Part shown: positions 9,013 to 20,209 of the stretch, piece after piece
How the letters are laid out: every line of letters begins with the position of its first letter
Position numbering within the stretch: the first letter of the stretch is position 1
Source: Candidatus Poribacteria bacterium
GTDB lineage: Bacteria > Poribacteria > WGA-4E > WGA-3G
NCBI GenBank assembly: GCA_963663765.2
Contig: CAXXUA010000004.1
Coordinates: forward strand, 736,001-800,000
Direction: 5' to 3'
Length of the DNA: 64,000 nt
The notes under the pieces: model-generated
Databases searched by the model: none
Told to the model about the DNA's origin: nothing
Seen by the model: only the letters and a program-made list of their open reading frames with translations
Program-made: the position numbers and the translations under genes

Positions 9013-10890
9013 TTACAAAGTGCCTACTTTTTCAGAATTAGCTTCAGTCTCAACCTCATCAATTATATCCAACATATCTTCTGCGTTTATGAATTTTTCA
9101 ATTCTCTTGAAAATTTTTCCTTGACCGTTCAAGAATATCACGACAGGTAATCCACGAATTTGATATTTCTCTGTCAAAACCTTGTCTGTTTCTGTAGTAA
9201 AATCAAGTTTAACTGTGATGTAGTTCTCTAATCTATCAACAACTTCTTGATTTGAAAAAGTCTTATGATCCAACTCATTACATGCACCGCACCATTTTGC
9301 ATAAAAATCCAGCATTACCAGTTTATTTTCCTGACTGGCAGTTTCTAATGCCGTAGGTTCATCATACACCCAATCTAAATGTGGTCCTGCAACGGGTTGC
9401 GCTAACCCTCCAACTATCATGAAAGCTCCCAGAATTGCTAAACCAAGACCAAATGCCTTTCTTACTTGCATCGATTTAGATACACCCCTGATTCGTTGTG
9501 TTAACTTACTAAGGTATAAGCCAACGAGAATAATTACAGCGGCTATTGCAAAAAATGGTATAGAGTTTTGAAGAAATCCTGTTATGGGTGCGAATATCTT
9601 AAGGTCTTTGAGGAAGTAGAGCGCGACCGTAATGATTGCTATTCCAAATATATTTTCCAATATATACATCCAACCACCTGAACGCGGAAGGGAAGAGATC
9701 ATACCAGAGAATGTACCGATGCATATAAACAATAAACCCATACCGAGTGCATAAGTGAACATCAACCAGAAACCAAGCCATAAACTGCTTGTAGTTGCGA
9801 TATATGTCAATACAGCTGCTAAAGCAGGTCCGGTGCAGGGTGCAGCAATGACACCAGCAACCGTTCCCATAGCAAATGCACCAAGAAATCCAGTACCGCC
9901 AACAGTATTAAGTCTGTTCTGCATTGATGATGGCAGCTGAATTTCAAATACACCAAACATAGACAAACCCAGTGCAAAAAGTATGACGCTAATGCTTCCG
10001 ATGACCAACGGATTTGCCATAATTGTTCCGAATACCGCACCTGTTGAAGCGACAGCAATCCCAAGAATAGAATAAGTAAGGATAATACCAAAGACATAAA
10101 CAACAGAAAGCACAAAAGATTTCAACTTACTTGCGGACTCACTTGCACCAAAAATTGAAACCGTAATCGGAATTAAGGGATAAACACACGGAGTCAAACT
10201 TGTTGCTATACCCCCGAAAAAAACCAAAAGCAGTGCAAGCCATGTTCTTCCACCTGAAAGTGCTCCAGCTATCTTACCTTCCTTCTTACCACTATTTAAC
10301 TGTCCATCTTCAAAATTGAGATTTGCAAAAATTGCTTCGTTGGCAGGTATAACAGATTCTTCATTGCTGACAACTTGGATCGGTATCTGTATGTCTTTAG
10401 TTTCAGGTATGAGACACTGTTCGTCGTTACATGCTTGATAGGTTAGTTGTAAATCTAATGTCATTGTCTCTATTGGTGCATTTTTCTGAACTGTTGCAGG
10501 AATAGCAATAGTAATAGTATCGTGATATACTGAAGCTAAACCGATTGAAGCAATTTCAAGCGTGTCTCCAGAGGGATATATCACCTTGTCAAAAGTGAAA
10601 TCAGAAATATCAGGGAGGGTGACTTCAGTTGCAATAAGATTTTCTTTAGTAGGATTAGCGTTTACATGCCATCCCGCTGCGATTTCCACAACAATTGCAA
10701 TTTGGAAATCAGTTCCAGGTTGAACCTTGTCTAATGATAAATATCCTTTAGCAGTCAGTTTTTCAACAGGTTGGTCTTCAGACAAACCCAGTTCTGGAAA
10801 CTGTGCTGAGACATAAATTGGATATATTGTTAAAATAAAGGTTAACAAAAATATCTGCTGAAACTTCTTTAGTCTTCCATGCTTTGACAT
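9013..10890 (-). CDS. dsbD: Protein-disulfide reductase DsbD family
   Basis: N-domain YQACNDEQCLIP, TM motifs LTPCVYP and AAPCTGP, C-terminal Trx DFYAKWCGAC. Confidence 0.9.
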   Translation of the reverse strand: MSKHGRLKKFQQIFLLTFILTIYPIYVSAQFPELGLSEDQPVEKLTAKGYLSLDKVQPGTDFQIAIVVEIAAGWHVNANPTKENLIATEVTLPDISDFTFDKVIYPSGDTLEIASIGLASVYHDTITIAIPATVQKNAPIETMTLDLQLTYQACNDEQCLIPETKDIQIPIQVVSNEESVIPANEAIFANLNFEDGQLNSGKKEGKIAGALSGGRTWLALLLVFFGGIATSLTPCVYPLIPITVSIFGASESASKLKSFVLSVVYVFGIILTYSILGIAVASTGAVFGTIMANPLVIGSISVILFALGLSMFGVFEIQLPSSMQNRLNTVGGTGFLGAFAMGTVAGVIAAPCTGPALAAVLTYIATTSSLWLGFWLMFTYALGMGLLFICIGTFSGMISSLPRSGGWMYILENIFGIAIITVALYFLKDLKIFAPITGFLQNSIPFFAIAAVIILVGLYLSKLTQRIRGVSKSMQVRKAFGLGLAILGAFMIVGGLAQPVAGPHLDWVYDEPTALETASQENKLVMLDFYAKWCGACNELDHKTFSNQEVVDRLENYITVKLDFTTETDKVLTEKYQIRGLPVVIFLNGQGKIFKRIEKFINAEDMLDIIDEVETEANSEKVGTL

Positions 10891-10931
10891 AATTAAGTTC
10901 TCCTTGATAGAGACTTATTTTCTGTGAATAT

Positions 10932-11250
10932 TATACCATTCTTCCGTAGGTCGGGTAGAGGCACGAAACCCGACATGATAGCCACAATCAATACAAATCG
11001 GATGTCGTTACTCTACCCGACCTACGAAAAAAGGCAAATTATAAAGTAGAAATGGTATTATGGTGAAATTTGAAAATTATTTTACATTTCTACAATTTAC
11101 CATATTGGCTGTCATGTAAGTATCCTATTCTTTTCTTTGGTAGGAGCGTCCTCCTGGTCGCGACGGTATTGATACATGTCTCCATACGGTCGCGACCAGG
11201 GGTCGCTCCTACCTGTGCAAGTGTGTAATTAATTCCATAATTTACCATAG
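10932..11250. repeat. Cluster of GTAG...CTAC REP-like palindromes inside TATACC.../TATGGT...-ended MITE-like elements
   Basis: GTAGGTCGGGTAGAG...CTCTACCCGACCTAC and GTAGGAGCG...CGCTCCTAC; related copies near 14760, 46450-46540, 49477 and 54655. Confidence 0.7.
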
Positions 11251-11288
11251 TATGTATTAACTATTGTCTGAACGAATTAGTTTACACA

Positions 11289-12908
11289 TTATCGCGGTTC
11301 AAGTACGACACAAGGTAGAATCATCTCTTCAAATGAAATACCACCGTGTTGAAAGCTGTTATGAAATAACTCTTTATATGAGTTAAATTGCCTTTCATAT
11401 ACGAAGTAATAATCTCCTTTTGCAATAATATAGTTTTTTTCATTTGACTCATAAGGCAGACGGTATTCTTCAGGATTTTCAACAAGCAACCCTGCGATGG
11501 GATCACACGTAATGTCTTTTCCGTCTTTCGTTCGTAATCCAGATGAGAGTTCATACTGGCTGGAGATTTTTGCAGCGTTCTGACATAAGACTGAACCGTG
11601 ATCAGATGTAATAATTACTGTCATACCCTTTTCTGCAGCGATGTTTATGATTTCGCTAAGTCGTGAATTTCTAAACCAAGTTTGTACAAGTTTGCGAAAC
11701 GCTTCTTCACTGGGGATAAGTTGTTGAAAAAGGGATACATCACTACGAAGATGAGTGAGCATATCAAGGAAATCAACAACAAGTGAAGCAAAACTTACAT
11801 AGTTAGTCTCGGTTAACCATTGTAGGTATTGGATTTCTCCGCGTTCATCAAAAATCTTGAAATAGTGTGGTGTTGGTTTGAGAACTATACCGTGTCTTTC
11901 AAACTGCAAATGCATTAGGTCTTTTTCATACCGATTGATGCTTGTATGGCCATCTTCAGGCTCCGCATATAGTTCTGGATACCGTTCAGACAAATCTCTT
12001 GGAAATAACCCGCTGAAAATAGCATTTCGAGCATAACGTGTTGTCGTTGGTAAAATTGAATAGTAATAGTGTTTAGTCATGTGAAAATCACGGTAAAGAA
12101 CTTGTTCAAATTGCAACCAATGATCCATTCGCATGCAGTCAATTACAATAAAAAGCACAGATTTACCAATCTGAATTTCAGGTAAAACATACTTGTAGAA
12201 GACATCAACTGATAGGGTTGGTGAATTATCTCCCTCAAGCCAATGTGTGTAGTTGTCCTGTATGTAGTTTGCAAAAGCAGAATTTGCCTCCAGTTTTTCT
12301 TTGGTATGAATTTCTTTAAGTTCGCCAACGTTGGTAAGTCCGTCTAATTTGATATCCCATTCTAAAAAGTGCAAATACATCTCTATCCATGTCTGCCAAT
12401 CATATTTAGCATACTGTTCAACCACAGACTGGTTCTGATTGTATTCTAAAGTGACCTGTTTGTTAAAATTCTTTACGTAAGCTTGTGGTGTATATGCTTC
12501 CTGCATTTTCTGTTTTTCAAGCAGGAAAGTAAGCGATGTAACTAACTGTCTGGGACTTGTAGGCATTATTAGGACATCATTAGCCCCATGAAAACTTGCT
12601 TTTTCTATTATTTCTTGACCACCAGTGTTGGACAACAAAATGATGGGTATGTGTGCGTCAACTTTACGGATGTGTGAAAGTATGTCATCAGAACGAGCTG
12701 GCATATCATAATTTAATAGAATGGCGTGAAACTTTAATTCACGACATAAAGCAACCCCATCTTCAATGTTATCTGCAAATGAAACATCAAATCCGTGGTA
12801 TTCTAAAAACTGAATATAGGGTTTCAACTCTGATTTTATATTAGGATTTTCAAGTGACTTTACAGTTGAACTGTTTACCCACAGAATATTCCATCTTGTT
12901 TTTCTCAT
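11289..12908 (-). CDS. PorX-like receiver-PglZ domain protein
   Basis: REC-like N-terminus; PglZ motifs VIDCMRxDxW, SILPTTTRYARNAIFSG, TSDHG, FQHGGISxEEM. Confidence 0.85.
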   Translation of the reverse strand: MRKTRWNILWVNSSTVKSLENPNIKSELKPYIQFLEYHGFDVSFADNIEDGVALCRELKFHAILLNYDMPARSDDILSHIRKVDAHIPIILLSNTGGQEIIEKASFHGANDVLIMPTSPRQLVTSLTFLLEKQKMQEAYTPQAYVKNFNKQVTLEYNQNQSVVEQYAKYDWQTWIEMYLHFLEWDIKLDGLTNVGELKEIHTKEKLEANSAFANYIQDNYTHWLEGDNSPTLSVDVFYKYVLPEIQIGKSVLFIVIDCMRMDHWLQFEQVLYRDFHMTKHYYYSILPTTTRYARNAIFSGLFPRDLSERYPELYAEPEDGHTSINRYEKDLMHLQFERHGIVLKPTPHYFKIFDERGEIQYLQWLTETNYVSFASLVVDFLDMLTHLRSDVSLFQQLIPSEEAFRKLVQTWFRNSRLSEIINIAAEKGMTVIITSDHGSVLCQNAAKISSQYELSSGLRTKDGKDITCDPIAGLLVENPEEYRLPYESNEKNYIIAKGDYYFVYERQFNSYKELFHNSFQHGGISFEEMILPCVVLEPR

Positions 12909-13202
12909 GTTTTTACCCTCCCATAGAATCTATACGGTATCAATCTTTAGGTCTGGTAAATCAACGCTTATGATACTTTATACCAATTCTAATTAATTTT
13001 GACTCATTAAGGAATTCCACTGTTGTTGCTGCTTAGAGGTAACTCCAACCATATCTTTGCAGTAAATGAGAAATTATAAAATTAGAAATGGTATAATATA
13101 GTAGTGGTTCCCTCAACATCTGTATTAGAAATTGGAACGTTTCGCAGTATACGGATACAATTTAAAGACAAGTGAGTTAAAGGTTGGAACGAGTTAATCA
13201 GT

Positions 13203-14513
13203 TTAGATATTTGATACGAATCGTCCAGGATTAAGTATATTGTTTGCATCAAATTGAGATTTGATCTGTTTCATGATGTAAAGAGTCTTGCCGATTGACC
13301 CCCAAGCATCTATTAGTCTTTTTAATCCTATCGGTGCGGACTCAATAATCAAGTTACCACCCATTTTTATAGCACTTTCTCGTAGTTGGCTTAGCCTGTT
13401 TGAAATATGATTATAATCAGAATTAGTATCTAAATGTATTTTGAGATACAGAACACCATTACCCAACAAAACCATCATCTCATCGTTATCTCTAATTGCA
13501 AGTTCAACAAATTTGATAATATCTGTTCGTTTTAGGTTTAACTTTACAAACACAGTATGATCACTCTGATCTACTGATGGATACTCTTGAAGTATGTTTT
13601 TAACCTTCTGATATGATTCCGATTCAACCTTTTTCACACTTATATTTTTACTTTGTTGCAGTAATGTTTGAACAAAACGGACTTGCCATCTGACAGTATC
13701 AGGATCACCAGCAAATCCAATTACGAGTGTTGGCTTCTTTTCTGTCAACCCATTTAATTTGAAATTAAACAGCATGTTTACAAACATAGGCAATGATTGT
13801 GAACTAACAACATTTAATCCTGCTATAGCAGCGTCATGCATACTGTGAAACTGCACTACGACGATCTCTTGATGTAATGGAAGTGGAGATAATTTAAGCG
13901 ATATATCGGTGATAATTCCAAGCGTGCCAAAGGATCCAATATAGAGTTTATTGAGATCATAACCTGCTACATTTTTTACAACTTTACCACCACTCTTGAC
14001 GAATTTACCATCAGCATGAACCACATGCAACCCCAATACAAGGTTTCTTGCCGTTCCGTATCTTAGACGCAGTGGACCGCTTGTATTCGTAGCAACGATT
14101 CCTCCTATAGTACATCTGTCTGCATAAGGAGGATCAATAGGTAAAAACTGCCTGTGTGTTGATAACGTATCTTGTAAGTCTTTTAATAGTAATCCAGCTT
14201 CAACAGTAACAGTCAAATCCGCGGGTTCATATTCTATTACTTTATTCAGACGTTTTGTTGAAAGGACAATATCCGGACTCTGTGCAAAGTTCCCAATTCC
14301 AAGTTTTGTTCCTGAACCTGCAGGTAATACTGTCAAGTTGTTTTTTGATGCATATCGTAGAATATTTTGAATGTCCTCAACTGTTTCAGGTTCAACAACT
14401 ACTTGAGGAACACAGTTATCATAGTTATAGTCACTAACTATGGAATCTGATATACAATTGTTTTCTCCAACAATCTGTTTTAGTTCATAGCCTAATGTTT
14501 CTGTGTTTTCCAT
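13203..14513 (-). CDS. FAD-binding oxidoreductase, glycolate oxidase GlcE-like
   Basis: EYEPADLTVTVEAG, TIGGIVATN, GGKVVKNVAGYDLNKLYIGSFGTLG, FDxxxxLNPGR. Confidence 0.85.
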   Translation of the reverse strand: MENTETLGYELKQIVGENNCISDSIVSDYNYDNCVPQVVVEPETVEDIQNILRYASKNNLTVLPAGSGTKLGIGNFAQSPDIVLSTKRLNKVIEYEPADLTVTVEAGLLLKDLQDTLSTHRQFLPIDPPYADRCTIGGIVATNTSGPLRLRYGTARNLVLGLHVVHADGKFVKSGGKVVKNVAGYDLNKLYIGSFGTLGIITDISLKLSPLPLHQEIVVVQFHSMHDAAIAGLNVVSSQSLPMFVNMLFNFKLNGLTEKKPTLVIGFAGDPDTVRWQVRFVQTLLQQSKNISVKKVESESYQKVKNILQEYPSVDQSDHTVFVKLNLKRTDIIKFVELAIRDNDEMMVLLGNGVLYLKIHLDTNSDYNHISNRLSQLRESAIKMGGNLIIESAPIGLKRLIDAWGSIGKTLYIMKQIKSQFDANNILNPGRFVSNI

Positions 14514-15017
14514 TTAACACTTTGCCTTTCATAAGGTTGAAACATAACGTCTGATTAACAAGGTGTTTTATAGTTACTACTTGGTCTTACTACACCACTT
14601 ATTTATAGACATAGTAAGACGAATTTCAATAAAATTCAATGCATACACGTTATTATAATGTGGACAATTTCAGTCTGTTTATAGTATATCATTAAACCAC
14701 TGTGAATTCAAAAAGATTAACGAACAAACAGGGTTATTTAGTTTTCCTCTTATATTCGGTAGGAACGACCCAGTGAATGCCATTGGGCAAATGCGCGTAT
14801 GGCATTCGCCATGATTCATACCATTGATTTAATAGTCACGACCGTTCCCTGTGTTGGTAGGAACGACCAGAAGGTCGCTCCTACTGAATAAAAGAATAGA
14901 ATCCTTACATGACAGTAATTATGGTAAATTGTAGAAATGTAAACTTATTTTCAAATTTAACCATAAATAGATTGTAATTATATCAAAATCTTGAATTATA
15001 GTTGTGATATAAATATA

Positions 15018-15465
15018 CAGGGTTATTTAGATTTACTGAAAGTTAATACACGGGTTCGGTTTCCTAACCGAACTTTATGCATCAATTTTAGATTATTGAA
15101 ACATGAACATCGCTCTTTAGTGGTTTTCTTGCTATGTATTTATAATATGTTTCCATTGATGATCTCCTACTTAAACGGATGACTACTGGATTCTTCAGCA
15201 ATAGACTTTTATTTTATGCTAAAATTAATTGCCGAAAGAACCACTAAATGGTTTACTCGCTAAACATTTATTATGAACACAACTTAGTAATAGATTCAAA
15301 AGCCTCCTACCCCCGCTTGCAGGGGATAAAGTGGGGTTGGATTTAGGGAATTCAAAACACAATAACTTAGCGAGTCAACCACTAAAGAACTGGACAAGAT
15401 GGCACTCCATAAAATTAACGACATAGCAAAATAAAATCAAAAATATTGAAAACTAAATAACCCTG
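15018..15465. mobile_element. MITE with CAGGGTTATT(C/T)AG...AACT(G/A)AATAACCCTG ends (ISAs1-like termini), carrying nested elements
   Basis: Terminal inverted repeats; arms homologous to 62619-63083; nested 15249-15381 element with CTAAA duplication. Confidence 0.65.
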
Positions 15466-15664
15466 TTACTTTCCAAAGGAGTTCTCACCTTATGGAAAAT
15501 CTATGGTTTCAGTATTGAAAATGTAGTTACTTTATTTTATTTGATGGTTTTTCAATGACTGCAAATCTTGTATAGCCATTTTCGGAGTTGCGATAATCCA
15601 CAGTTTCCCATTTCATGTATACATCATGCATTCTCATGATAACATAATCTGTATTTTTACTATT

Positions 15665-16755
15665 CAGGACTTACGCAGTCTCAAAGATTATCGATGGATT
15701 TGAGAGTTGATATCGCATATAATCATCCAATAAACTTTGTTTAAGTTCATAAATTGTTTTGCCAAGTTTACGCGCAACACGTTTCAAACAGACCCATATT
15801 TGAAAACAACAGGCAATATGATTTCTTTGGGCACGCAACTTGCGACATTGACATTTGCCAATACCCGTGACTTGTTTGATCTCACGATGGAGTTGTTCAA
15901 TCTTCCAACGTATACGACATTCTTGGTGTGCCGCATCCGCATCCGATTGAGATAAATCGTTTGTCACAATATATTCCGTGCGCCCGGTAGAGGAGGCTAT
16001 CCGGAACAACTTGACTTGATACCCTTTTGGAAACTTCTTGATGTGCACGCTTTTCCCTTGCCGGATTTCTGTCCGGGTCCAAGATAGGTCTTGGACTTGT
16101 TGGTGCGGTTGCTCGCCATCCGTATCGTTTACAAGACGATTTCGTTTCAGGGGCACGTAGTAAATCTTAGAAAGTTTTTCAATCGCTTTCATAACTTGCA
16201 TGGAGGCATACCAAGTATCCATTAGCACCGTCCGAAACGGTATCTGTTTTTTAGAGTAAGCGTTGTGCAACATTTCCAGTAAATGGTCTATTTTGGTTTT
16301 ACCATCATGATCTATGTCATAAATACGGTAATCAATAATCCAATACTCTTCTGTCTTTGGATTGACATAGATACACGTCACAATACCAATGCCTTTAACG
16401 ACTTTTTTGTCGCTACCACTCCACTGAGAACGGAGGACCTCAATCTCTTTCGCATAGAGTTTAGGTAGCACAACATCGTCAAAAACAATGTAGCCATCAT
16501 CATCAAACTCAATGTCGTTTTTGACCGAGTTCCAAAGTTCATTCGCGGGGATGTTTTCACCGCTCAGAAACCGATTGATTTGATCGTGGCTCCACTTATC
16601 AGTATGGTCTGCCATATAGGTTTGTGTAAAGTTTGTAAAACTTGATAACAAAAATTGACAATAATCTGAATATAAACTTTGTTTCTTTTCGGAAAGTGTA
16701 AATGTAATCATAATGGAATAGTATAGCACAAATCTATTATAGTGCGTAAGTCCTG
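15665..16755 (-). mobile_element. IS701-family insertion sequence (1091 bp)
   Basis: TIRs CAGGACTTACGCA / TGCGTAAGTCCTG, 5-bp target duplication CTATT (15660-15664 and 16756-16760), transposase inside. Confidence 0.9.
15671..16711 (-). CDS. IS701-family DDE transposase
   Basis: SHDQINRFL, IVFDD, VLMDTWY, RWKIEQLHREIKQVTG, CQCR..RAQRNHI. Confidence 0.9.
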   Translation of the reverse strand: MITFTLSEKKQSLYSDYCQFLLSSFTNFTQTYMADHTDKWSHDQINRFLSGENIPANELWNSVKNDIEFDDDGYIVFDDVVLPKLYAKEIEVLRSQWSGSDKKVVKGIGIVTCIYVNPKTEEYWIIDYRIYDIDHDGKTKIDHLLEMLHNAYSKKQIPFRTVLMDTWYASMQVMKAIEKLSKIYYVPLKRNRLVNDTDGEQPHQQVQDLSWTRTEIRQGKSVHIKKFPKGYQVKLFRIASSTGRTEYIVTNDLSQSDADAAHQECRIRWKIEQLHREIKQVTGIGKCQCRKLRAQRNHIACCFQIWVCLKRVARKLGKTIYELKQSLLDDYMRYQLSNPSIIFETA

Positions 16756-18112
16756 CTATTTAAACTTTGTTTCCATGTTCTATTAAAACCAAACAGTCTT
16801 TGAAAAAAATGTTCTCTACGGTAGAACTTATCCAAGTTCCAGTTCTGATATCTGAATCGCTCACCAGAGTCCCATTTCCATTTGCCTTCTTTTTCAACAT
16901 CCGTCAAGCCTATCCAGTATTCGCTGTGACCAAAGACAGCCTCAAGCCATTTCTGTTCTGATTCATTTGTAATTGTAACAAGATAAGCATTCTCGAGAGA
17001 TGCTTTCTCTACTGCATCTTCTCTACTGCTGCAAATTATCCGTTTATACAAGTTTCCATTTTCTGGATTCAGAATCCATACACCTTCTATTGGAAATATA
17101 AATCTTGAATGTTTGTGTTCATCTCTCTGGTTTTTCTCTTGTTTTTCATTCAACCCTGTTGAATTCCCATTGAGAGATAACTGGATAATATCAGTAGACT
17201 TATCACCTGAAAGCAAAACAGGCTTAAAATTACCTGCAAGCAGGAAAGGTTCAGAGTTACCTGAAAGTCCACGATGGTTAACTGAGAATGCAAATATCCC
17301 TGGAGCGTAGAAGCTATATTCAAATATTCCGTTTTCATCTGTTTGGACATGAACAGGATGATTATACGGATGACGGTTGACAGCATAACGGTTTAGTTCA
17401 GCAAACTCAACTATAACAGAGGCATTTGATAGTGGTTCACCATTATCAAAAACAATTCTCACACGAATCACTAATGGATTCTCCATAGTTGCCATGAGGT
17501 GCACATTCTCCATAATTGATCCAGGTTTTATGGTGAATGTTACCGCACCAAAAGATGGAAAGAATGAGTATTGATGTGGAATAATTGTAGCTTGAGCGAA
17601 TTTTATTGAGTGGATTCTTGGTAGGTGTTTATACTTCCTTTTTGTTGATTCTGTAGGTGTTGTATCATTCTCAGGTGGTGTTTCTGGTAGAACTAAAATT
17701 TGTACTACACCTGGAGTTATGTTGTTAAATCTGAACTTACCTTCAGAATCGGATTTAGCTTCAAGATAGAGTGGACGTTTTTTCTTGGACAAACCATTTT
17801 GTTTCTTGATAACATTTGATGGTGGGTGTTGAAGAATGTAGAATGGATATGTCTTGATGTCGTAAATTGGATCAATTGTTCTGCTAAGTATGTTGATTTC
17901 AACAGCAAGTAGGATAACGGTTGCATCAGCAATTGGTTCCCCTTTGAGATCTGTTATGACTCCTGACAGACTTGATGTTTCTTCATCTGTGTTTCCATAG
18001 AATGTTATACCGAATGTAAATATAAGAGCGAGTGCAAACAACAGAATGAATTGCTTTTTTGAATTGAATGTAATCATTATGTGTCCCTTTTATGTTAGGT
18101 TACGACTTTTTT

Positions 18113-20209
18113 CTACTTCTTGATCTTTATATCCTCTTTTTCCAGAATAGCGTTCTTAACAAGAGGCAGGAATTTATTCTTGGAACCCAATATCATCCAT
18201 CTTTTTGAAAAGAAATCAAGTGCAACAGGTGTGTTTGCTTCGTTAGCAGTATAATTTTTCCTGAGCCAATTCGTGTAAGTCAGTGGATCTCCGTTTTGCC
18301 ATTTTTGGAATGCTCCTTCATACGTAGAACGTAAACCTATCCAAAAAAATCTTCTATCAGTAAAACGAGATTCCAACCATTTTTGTTCAGCTTCATCATT
18401 TATGGTAACGAGGTAAGCTTTTTCTGCATCTGCTTTGGTTTTGGCATCATCCCAACTATCACATTGAATTCTTCTGTAAGCGTGACCATTTTCAGGATTT
18501 ATAGACCATTTTGCTTGAAGAACTTTCAAATACTCCTGACGTTTTTTCTTCTGTTTCTCTATTCCTCTCAGTTTGAAAACAAGCTTATCGTCCCATAGTC
18601 CTTTTTCCAAACGGAACCATCTTGATTTCGCTGTTGCGCCAAGATATTCAACATTAACTGCAAACTCAGTTTTCGGTTGTGGTATATTTCTAAGATCTTC
18701 TACGAAGTAACCTTGAGAATCTGTTGTAGTTTGTGCATCTGATTTAGTCATCATTGAACTATTAGTAAAAAAGTAAAAAGATGTTTCACGCACGCGTTCC
18801 TTTATTGTTAAGATTACTTGAGCATTGGCAAGTGGTGAACCATCCCTTTGAAGTATCATTCCCCTAATCCGTCTGAGTGGAGGCTTCACTGTTACAACGA
18901 TGTTCTCAAGAGGTGTACGCTCCTCAACGACAAAGGTTAGTTTACCAAACCAGTCTGGTTTATACGATTGGCTGCCAGGAGGAAATAAAGTGACAAGTCC
19001 AATGTTAAGTGATGCGATAGAATAATCTGCACCTCCTTCTGGTAGTAAAACGAATTGTGATTTTCCAGGACTGATGTTGGTAAAAGTAAAAGCACCCTGT
19101 TTATCGGTTGTTACCTGATTCCATTCAGATAATGGTATAGGTTGGTTATCTTGGTTAGGTTCTAAAGGTTTAATGGTTAGTGTAAGTCCTGGAACAACTT
19201 TGCTATTGCTGTCAATGACTCTACCTGAGATAGATGTTGCCCCCTCTTGAGATATAGTCTCGACTTGTGCAATATTGTCTGCATCGGTCTGTGATGCATC
19301 TGCAGTTGGTGCATTTGGACTGTTAACTGCATTAATGTCTTTTGCTTGAGGATCTGGTCGTCCCATTTGGTTTCGAATCGCCGGTTTCTCAGTAGAATCA
19401 ATCACTTGTCTTGCATCTGTTATTTCAATCGTCCGTTCAGATTCTGCGTCAATACTGTATGGCTCTTGAAAATGGATTAGTTGTTTTGCCCCAACACTGA
19501 TCAATAGTAATACGATAATTGCTGCTGCTGAAGAAACTATCCACGGCATTACCGGTTTACTTGTTGAAGGAGCTGCCGGAGATAAGTTGGAGATTTTTTG
19601 CATGATATTCTCAGATAACTCTTGTGGTAATTCGAAACTGCCGAAGTTTTCCTGAATAAGTGCTTCTTCACCTTTGAGGCGATTCCGTGCGCGATGTAGA
19701 CGAATCTTGACAGTATTTGTTGATACACCAAGGAATTCACCGATCTCTTCACACGATAAGCCTGCAAGGTAATGCATCGTTATCACCGTACGATCACTTT
19801 CTTTTAGTCTACTAAGCAGTTTTCTAACTACTGACCTTTGATTCTCCTTTCTCTGCTCTTCGCGTTCTTGTATCTTATATTCAGTATAATACACCTCTTC
19901 CAACTCCATAGGATTGGTTTGTTCTAAGGATTCTAACTGCGGCTTTTTCTTACGGTGCCACATTTTGCAGATATTGGTCGTAATGACATATAACCAACCA
20001 GAGAAACGGTGGGGGTGTTTTAAACTGCTGAGTTTCTGATATGCAGTAATAAAGGCATCTTGTGTTATCTCTTCTGCAGTATGGAAATCACCAATCTTCT
20101 GCCATGCAAGCGTATGTATCTGTTCTTGATATTTTTCCACAAGCAATGCAAACGCTTGTTGATCCCCTGCAAGTGTTTGTTTGACCAGTTCAGAATCACT
20201 TTGTTTCAT
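18113..20209 (-). CDS. ECF sigma factor fused to a TM helix, carboxypeptidase-regulatory-like domains and a C-type lectin domain
   Basis: Region 2 AEEITQDAF..FSGWLY; region 4 EIGEFLGVSTNTVKIRLHRAR; TM WIVSSAAAIIVLLLISVG; CTL YLVTINDEAEQKWL...FWIGL. Confidence 0.85.
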   Translation of the reverse strand: MKQSDSELVKQTLAGDQQAFALLVEKYQEQIHTLAWQKIGDFHTAEEITQDAFITAYQKLSSLKHPHRFSGWLYVITTNICKMWHRKKKPQLESLEQTNPMELEEVYYTEYKIQEREEQRKENQRSVVRKLLSRLKESDRTVITMHYLAGLSCEEIGEFLGVSTNTVKIRLHRARNRLKGEEALIQENFGSFELPQELSENIMQKISNLSPAAPSTSKPVMPWIVSSAAAIIVLLLISVGAKQLIHFQEPYSIDAESERTIEITDARQVIDSTEKPAIRNQMGRPDPQAKDINAVNSPNAPTADASQTDADNIAQVETISQEGATSISGRVIDSNSKVVPGLTLTIKPLEPNQDNQPIPLSEWNQVTTDKQGAFTFTNISPGKSQFVLLPEGGADYSIASLNIGLVTLFPPGSQSYKPDWFGKLTFVVEERTPLENIVVTVKPPLRRIRGMILQRDGSPLANAQVILTIKERVRETSFYFFTNSSMMTKSDAQTTTDSQGYFVEDLRNIPQPKTEFAVNVEYLGATAKSRWFRLEKGLWDDKLVFKLRGIEKQKKKRQEYLKVLQAKWSINPENGHAYRRIQCDSWDDAKTKADAEKAYLVTINDEAEQKWLESRFTDRRFFWIGLRSTYEGAFQKWQNGDPLTYTNWLRKNYTANEANTPVALDFFSKRWMILGSKNKFLPLVKNAILEKEDIKIKK

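Larger units (their letters stand above)
15527..18077 (-). pseudogene. Secreted carboxypeptidase-regulatory-like / C-type lectin protein interrupted by IS701
   Basis: ORF 16737-18077 (signal peptide, YWIGLTDVEKEGKWKWDSG) runs into the IS end; the tail NSKNTDYVIM...FAVIEKPSNKIK* resumes in frame at 15527-15664. Confidence 0.8.

Noticed and set aside
11289-12908. BREX defence system (PglZ)
   Set aside because: The architecture is receiver-PglZ (PorX type) and no brxC, pglX or brxL is nearby
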